Positions 7,270 to 12,086 of a DNA stretch of 12,086 nt are shown here, one piece after another. The translations under genes and the position numbers were made by a program. How positions within the stretch are numbered: the first letter of the stretch is position 1; the number at the start of each line of letters is the position of its first letter. The notes under the pieces were generated by a model. The model was not told the origin of the DNA. It did no database searches and was given only the letters and a program-made list of their open reading frames with translations. Source of the DNA: Candidatus Cryosericum sp. (GTDB lineage Bacteria; Caldisericota; Caldisericia; Cryosericales; Cryosericaceae); NCBI GenBank assembly GCA_049699855.1, contig JBNAWM010000044.1:1-12086 (forward strand), in the 5' to 3' direction.

Positions 7270-7929
7270 AGTGACTTCCAGGCAGGGTGCCAGGGGGAAG
7301 GGGCACGGCTTCTGCGGCGTGCGGCGCAGAAGGCGATTGGCTGGAGCGGTGGAACAACGACCGAGATAGCCATCTATCCGGCTGACTCAGCCTACAGCCG
7401 ACGGGATTTTCTGTGGCGTGCCAGCTCTGCGACGGTTGAAGCTGACGAATCGGAATTCACCTCTCTCCCGGGCTTCTGGCGGTTGATCATGGTCCTTGAA
7501 GGCGAGCTGCAACTGGAACATGCGGGCCATCACCGTGCACGGCTTCTGCCATTTGAACAGGACGCCTTCGACGGTGCCTGGATCACGCGAAGTCGCGGAA
7601 AGGCAAGGGATTTCAACCTGATGCTTGCAGAGGGCTGCACGGGCAACCTTCAGGCCATCCCTCTGCCGGGGCGATCCACCATAGATGTACTGGACGCCAT
7701 GGCGCCGGTGAGGGCCGTACACCACTGCACCTGGCGCCTCGTCTATGCCGTGGACGGCTCCATCACGGTGCGTGGTGGTGCCGGCGCGGCTTGGAGGCTG
7801 GATGCCGGTGATGCGCTCCTCTTGACCATTGCTTCGCTCCAACGCTCCACAGGCCTTGCCTTCGCAGCAGAAGGTGAAACTCCGGTTCAGGTGGTACTGG
7901 CCAGCATCTGGTCTTCCGGGATTCGCTGA
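7249..7929 (+). CDS. HutD/Ves-family protein (bicupin-like); start codon uncertain
   Basis: WSGGTTTEIAIYP...FLWRASSATVE...FTSLPGFWRLIMVLEG...L.H...F.G......G...DFNLM matches the HutD/Ves family pattern. Possible starts are GTG 7234, ATG 7249 and TTG 7267, none with a clear RBS. Confidence 0.85.
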   Translation: MPGTFALSDFQAGCQGEGARLLRRAAQKAIGWSGGTTTEIAIYPADSAYSRRDFLWRASSATVEADESEFTSLPGFWRLIMVLEGELQLEHAGHHRARLLPFEQDAFDGAWITRSRGKARDFNLMLAEGCTGNLQAIPLPGRSTIDVLDAMAPVRAVHHCTWRLVYAVDGSITVRGGAGAAWRLDAGDALLLTIASLQRSTGLAFAAEGETPVQVVLASIWSSGIR

Positions 7930-7940
7930 GCAGGACCCGG

Positions 7941-8606
7941 CTAGGCGAGGGCCCCGTCCTTCAAGTGGAAGGTCTGCTGGGCCTGTTGGGCGATGCCGCC
8001 ATCGTGCGTGACAACAATGACGGTGGTGTTCTGGGTGACGGCCAGGTCCTTCAGGATGTCGATGATCATCTTGGAGGTGGCACTGTCGAGATTGCCGGTG
8101 GGTTCGTCAGCCAGGATAAGTCTTGGCTTGTTGGCAAGTGCGCGCGCGATGGCAACCCGCTGCTGCTCACCACCGGAGAGGCGCCCCGGAAGGCGCTTGT
8201 GCTTGCTGGCAGCAACACCCAGTTGTTCCAGCAGCTGAGTGGCTCGTTCCCTGGCCTGTCTTGACTGCACTCCCGCGAACTCCATGGGCAGCATAACATT
8301 CTCGAGCGCCGTCATGTTGGGGATAAGATTGAAGCTCTGAAACACAAAGCCTATGGTGTCACGGCGATATGCAATGAGCCGGGCATCTCCCATGGCGGTC
8401 ACGTTCTGCCCGTCGAGCTCAATGGTGCCCGATGTTGGCTTGTCGAGTGCTCCCAGCAGCGACAGCAGGGTGCTCTTGCCGCTGCCGCTCTTGCCGACAA
8501 TGGCGCCGAACGTACCGTCAGGCACCTCCATGGTAACATCGTGTACCGCCAAGACCTTCTGATCACCTGACTGAAATTCCTTGGTGAGTCCTGTCACTCG
8601 CAACAT
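7941..8606 (-). CDS. ABC transporter ATP-binding protein, LolD/MacB (MJ0796) type, 221 aa
   Basis: Walker [22 protein letters not shown], signature [15 protein letters not shown], Walker [12 protein letters not shown] and switch VTHD. RBS GGAGGAG. Confidence 0.95.
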   Translation of the reverse strand: MLRVTGLTKEFQSGDQKVLAVHDVTMEVPDGTFGAIVGKSGSGKSTLLSLLGALDKPTSGTIELDGQNVTAMGDARLIAYRRDTIGFVFQSFNLIPNMTALENVMLPMEFAGVQSRQARERATQLLEQLGVAASKHKRLPGRLSGGEQQRVAIARALANKPRLILADEPTGNLDSATSKMIIDILKDLAVTQNTTVIVVTHDGGIAQQAQQTFHLKDGALA

Positions 8607-8623
8607 GGTCTCTCCTCCGCTCT

Positions 8624-9964
8624 TTATTCTGTTCTCATGACTTCAGCCGGCCGTACCTTTGCGATGGCAAAGGACGGGATGGCACTGCCGACAACGGCGA
8701 TGACGATGGCGGCCAGGAAGCCATACAGGATGATGTCCCAGCCGACCACGGCCTGAATGTTCCGCACGGCGGTTGCCGCACTGGCCATGCCCGCACCGAA
8801 GCGCCCTATGATGCGGCCTCCCGCGCCGGCAAAGGCACCCGGGCCGCTGGCAGTCTCGGTGCTGGTGAGCATAAGCTTCAAAACGGGATTGCTGAGCAGG
8901 GATCCCAGCAGAATGCCCACGAAACTTCCCATGGTGGTCAGAGTAAGTGATTCGACTGCGAACTGCTCGACGATGCCGGCATTGGAAGACCCGATCGCTT
9001 TGAGTACGCCAATTTCGCGCCGTCGTTCACGCACAACCATGATCATGGTCAGAAGGATGATAAGGGAGCCCGCCACCAGTGAACCAGCCAGGCTGTAGGT
9101 GGAGATGGCCTTGATATTCTGAAGGGGAGCAATGGCCTGACTGGCGGTATCCTGCTGCGATACGACGTCGGCCTTGGTCCCCAGTTTTGCTGTGATGGCT
9201 GTCTGAACTGTCGAGACAGTATCGATGGAGTCGGTCTGGACGATGATGGAGTTGAGTTGATCAGCCTGCTTGGAGAGCGTCTGCAGCGTCTTGATGGGCA
9301 TGATCAGCATGCTGTTGGAGAAGGTGTTGCCTGCGTCAAAAATGCCATCGACCTTGATGGAGGTGCCATAGGCTGTGAACGCCGATCCAACGGACAGAGC
9401 ATTCTTCGTTGCCAGATCCTTGCCGACAACCGCGACACTGTCGGTGCTGTCGCTGGCGAACATGGTGCCAGAGGTCAGGGTGAACGAACTCACTCCAAGG
9501 CTGGAGACCGCCTGCGGGTTGCTGGAAGACATGACCGTGACAGGCATGGAGAACGTACGTTGGGCGCCCGTCCCGAGGGGTGAGGTGGTGCCGGCGGCTG
9601 AGTTCTGGCGAGCTCCAAAGGATCCGGGCTCGATAGCCGAGGCCAGCGTGGTCGTGCTTCCAGTCTGAAGACGGTCCGAAAGAATCTCTGTCACCGTGGC
9701 TACATGGGGCAAAGCTGCAATCACTGACGCGTCCTCTCCTGTCAAAAGGTCGCCACCCCCTTCGAATCCCCGCACGCCGGCAGGAGAGACAGTGATTGTG
9801 TTGCCAATGGAACTCTTGACCTCGTCAATCTTTGACTGAACCGCCCTCAGTGCAAGGAACATCGTCAACGAAACGGCAATCGACAAGCCCAGGATCAGCG
9901 TTATGGAAACGGTCCTGGCCGTGTTGCGAAACGCATTGCGAACTCCTCGACGGACAACACTCAT
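8624..9964 (-). CDS. MacB/FtsX-type ABC transporter permease, about 446 aa
   Basis: N-terminal RNAFRNxxRT plus TM1, a large extracytoplasmic domain, the FtsX signature VRERRREIGVLKAIG...F..E, and C-terminal P...A.V.P.E.MR. ATG 9964 has better spacing to RBS GGGGAG than ATG 9970. Confidence 0.93.
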   Translation of the reverse strand: MSVVRRGVRNAFRNTARTVSITLILGLSIAVSLTMFLALRAVQSKIDEVKSSIGNTITVSPAGVRGFEGGGDLLTGEDASVIAALPHVATVTEILSDRLQTGSTTTLASAIEPGSFGARQNSAAGTTSPLGTGAQRTFSMPVTVMSSSNPQAVSSLGVSSFTLTSGTMFASDSTDSVAVVGKDLATKNALSVGSAFTAYGTSIKVDGIFDAGNTFSNSMLIMPIKTLQTLSKQADQLNSIIVQTDSIDTVSTVQTAITAKLGTKADVVSQQDTASQAIAPLQNIKAISTYSLAGSLVAGSLIILLTMIMVVRERRREIGVLKAIGSSNAGIVEQFAVESLTLTTMGSFVGILLGSLLSNPVLKLMLTSTETASGPGAFAGAGGRIIGRFGAGMASAATAVRNIQAVVGWDIILYGFLAAIVIAVVGSAIPSFAIAKVRPAEVMRTE

Positions 9965-10198
9965 GTGCATCTCCCCTTTGCAGTCATGCCTGTTCAGCCA
10001 TGATCTGGACGATTTTTCATGCCTCCTCTAGTACGTCAGTGCGCTGGATTTCGTGCATGGAAAGTCGTCACATTGTGCCCATCATGGTCGCTCGCCACAC
10101 AGGCCGGGGCCGGTCAGGAGCCCTGAGCAAAACACGCCGTTCCCTCCCCTTTTGGACTATACTATGGTCATGGAGGGCACAGAGCCCGGGAGGCGAAG

Positions 10199-11047
10199 AT
10201 GCGGAGTGGTGAGTTTCGTTATCGGAGCAGAGACAGCCTGAATCTGTATGCCCGCGTGTGGGAGCCGGACGGCGAGGTGAAGGGTATCGTCGCACTGGTA
10301 CACGGCCTGGGCGAATACGGTGGACGGTACACGGCGATCGGTCACAGCTTCGTGGAGCGTGGTTATGTCTTTGTGGCAGGCGACCTGCGGGGACATGGCC
10401 TGTCGGAGGGCAGGAGAGCGTTTGTCTCCCGGCTCGACGACTTCATGGACGATCTCGACCGATACCTGGCTGAGATCAGGGCGCGCTTTCCCGGCAGGCC
10501 GCTGTTCCTGTACTGCTTCAGCATGGGTTCGACCATTGGTGCCGCCTATCTGATCCGCAGGCATCCACGCCTGGCAGGGGCCATCCTGTGCAGCGGAGGA
10601 TTCGTGATGCCAGAGGCATCAGCCGCGGCCATGGGCAAGGTCAGAACATTACGACACCTGGTGCCCACTATGGCTGTCAGCAACGGAATGGGTCCGAATC
10701 GGCTCAAGGTCTGCCACGACGTCAGCGTGCTGGACGCGTATGATGCAGATCCACTGGTGTACAAGAAGGTCACAGTAGGTCTGGCGGCAGTGATCGGTGA
10801 AGCGAACACAGAGGCGCTGGGGCACGCCGGCGAGATCCAGGTCCCGCTGCTCGTGATGCACGGGGAGGACGATGTCATTGCACTGCCCGAAGGTTCACGG
10901 CGCCTTGCAGCCGGGGCAGCGGGTGATGTGACGCTGAAGCTGTGGCCCGGCCTGTACCACTTCATCCATCACGAACCGGACGGGGCGGGCGCGCAGGTGC
11001 TCGTTTTTGCCGCAGACTGGCTGGACGCACACGTCACCACGGGGTGA
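10199..11047 (+). CDS. Alpha/beta hydrolase of the lysophospholipase/monoglyceride lipase type (Hydrolase_4), 282 aa
   Basis: LVHGLGEY, DLRGHGLSEG, nucleophile elbow CFSMG (Ser108), PLLVMHGEDD (Asp225) and GLYHFIHHEP (His254). RBS GGGAGG. Confidence 0.92.
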   Translation: MRSGEFRYRSRDSLNLYARVWEPDGEVKGIVALVHGLGEYGGRYTAIGHSFVERGYVFVAGDLRGHGLSEGRRAFVSRLDDFMDDLDRYLAEIRARFPGRPLFLYCFSMGSTIGAAYLIRRHPRLAGAILCSGGFVMPEASAAAMGKVRTLRHLVPTMAVSNGMGPNRLKVCHDVSVLDAYDADPLVYKKVTVGLAAVIGEANTEALGHAGEIQVPLLVMHGEDDVIALPEGSRRLAAGAAGDVTLKLWPGLYHFIHHEPDGAGAQVLVFAADWLDAHVTTG

Positions 11048-11094
11048 CCACAACTCGTTGAACCGGCGGTCCTCAGAGGCCATCGCCTGAAACA

Positions 11095-11124
11095 GACGCG
11101 CCCCCGCGAAAGCGGGGGCGCGTC
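11095..11124. terminator. Strong hairpin between convergent genes; probable terminator, most plausibly for the - strand transcript
   Basis: Perfect 13-bp stem GACGCGCCCCCGC-GAAA-GCGGGGGCGCGTC. On the - strand it is followed by TGTTTC. There is no U-tract on the + strand. Confidence 0.75.
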
Positions 11125-11147
11125 ACACGTTAGTTGGCTGGCTTTCC

Positions 11148-11570
11148 TCAGTCGGCAGAGTCGTTCTCGAGTTTCTTCTCGCCCTGGAGCGCGCGGATGG
11201 CAGTGCAGTCCTGTGAGACCTCAAGGGTTCCCTGATACTCGCCATCCTTGCCGTACACGGCGAAGTAGCGGATGTAGATGAACTTGCCATGCAGTTCCAG
11301 CCAGAAATCGGCGACGGAGCGCTTCTTGGCACGGAAGTCGTCCAGGATGCGCTGGACTTTGGCGACGCTCTGGGGTGGATGGCAGCGCTGCACCCTGCGC
11401 CCGATGTCCAGTCTGGTGCGCGGGAAGATGCGTCCACCCGCCGGCAGATTGAAATAGGTCACCTCGTCATCGGCGTTGACAAACGAGACATCGACCGGCA
11501 ACGTATCAAACAGTTTGAGCACCATCTCCAGATCCAGACCGTCAAACAGATCAAAACTGGTATCACTCAT
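11148..11570 (-). CDS. Stand-alone PAS-domain protein (PAS_10-like, resembling the C-terminal domain of DUF438 proteins), 140 aa
   Basis: ATG 11570 has RBS GGAGGAG. The sequence LPVDVSFVNADDEVTYFN...RIFPRT..DIGRRVQRCHPPQS...ILDDFR.......FWL...GKFIYIRYFAV....GEYQGTLEVSQD is characteristic. The ORF-track extension to 11732 overlaps the upstream gene and looks spurious. Confidence 0.88.
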   Translation of the reverse strand: MSDTSFDLFDGLDLEMVLKLFDTLPVDVSFVNADDEVTYFNLPAGGRIFPRTRLDIGRRVQRCHPPQSVAKVQRILDDFRAKKRSVADFWLELHGKFIYIRYFAVYGKDGEYQGTLEVSQDCTAIRALQGEKKLENDSAD

Positions 11571-12086
11571 GGTTCTCCTCCCCTGGGAGTGCAAAGAAAC
11601 CCAATTCCTGGGATTCCTGCTCGAGGTCCTGCCAGTCCTTTTCAGACAGCAGGTCAAGCGCAACATTGTACAGGATTTCCTGTTCCTTCTTGGCGTGCTG
11701 GACAAACGTTTCGAGCCAGTGCTGGAAGGCACCCGCCAGCACCTGGGCGAACTGAGGGTACGGCATGGCGTCCGGTGCTCCCTGGATGGTCTTGTCGATA
11801 GTGTCGCGCGTCGCCTTCATGCGGTTGTGCTCGGCCCACATGATGGCAGGAGGTTCCTCGACGCCGTAGCGTTCCAGCAGAGGGAACAGCGTGTTCTCCT
11901 GCCGGTCATCGTGACTCTGCGCCTCATGGAGGTGGAGCATCAAGGCGCGCAGCTGCGCCAGGATGGGCTCTGCCGCGGCATATCCGTCCTGCGTGCCCAG
12001 CTTCCTGGCTAGGGAAAGTCCCTCTTCCAGCCAGCCGATCACCGCATCCTGCTCCAGAATAAAGCGTTTCAGCGGATGGCCGTCCG
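11563..12086 (-). CDS. Hemerythrin-like (HHE) domain protein of the DUF438 type; 5' end lies outside the window
   Basis: The frame stays open past GTG 12042 to the edge (DGHPLKRFILEQDAVIGWLEE...). Motifs GHP..F..E, H....EN.LFP.LE.YG...PP.IMW.EH, H..KE..IL...AL..LS..DW..L..ES.ELGF match the DUF438/hemerythrin pattern. Confidence 0.85.
   Translation of the reverse strand, partial: DGHPLKRFILEQDAVIGWLEEGLSLARKLGTQDGYAAAEPILAQLRALMLHLHEAQSHDDRQENTLFPLLERYGVEEPPAIMWAEHNRMKATRDTIDKTIQGAPDAMPYPQFAQVLAGAFQHWLETFVQHAKKEQEILYNVALDLLSEKDWQDLEQESQELGFFALPGEENHE

Noticed and set aside
1..9964. RiPP cluster made of the SagB oxidase plus the ABC exporter
   Set aside because: The genes are more than 7 kb apart, separated by unrelated operons, and no cyclodehydratase or precursor is visible.
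9960..10175. About seven CATG tetramers and a TCATGCCT direct repeat (9984, 10017) in the spacer
   Set aside because: Spacing is irregular and the motif is short. I cannot distinguish it from chance without statistics.
11095..11124. GNRA-capped hairpin as an ncRNA or REP element
   Set aside because: It is a single copy between convergent stop codons, so a terminator is the simpler explanation. The neighbouring hairpin at 11065-11087 is weak.

Overview
A GC-rich, densely coding bacterial chromosomal window that reads as mostly ordinary metabolic and transport DNA. In order it holds: a SagB/ThcOx-type nitroreductase-fold gene (- strand, running off the left edge and missing from the ORF track); a membrane-anchored or secreted Asp-box (BNR) beta-propeller protein; a HAD hydrolase; a complete mglBAC glucose/galactose-type ABC importer with a lipoprotein binding protein; a HutD/Ves-family cupin; a two-gene MacB/FtsX-type ABC exporter; a lysophospholipase-like alpha/beta hydrolase with a non-canonical nucleophile elbow; and a hemerythrin-like (DUF438-type) gene followed by a separate PAS gene, running off the right edge. 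I found no mobile element, CRISPR array, tRNA or rRNA, and no clearly new multi-gene system. The best leads are the split hemerythrin/PAS pair, the HutD gene whose start codons lie inside a hairpin at the end of mglBAC, the CFSMG hydrolase elbow, the structured mglB-mglA spacer, and several candidate promoter/operator motifs. All family assignments come from motif recognition by eye, with no database search.
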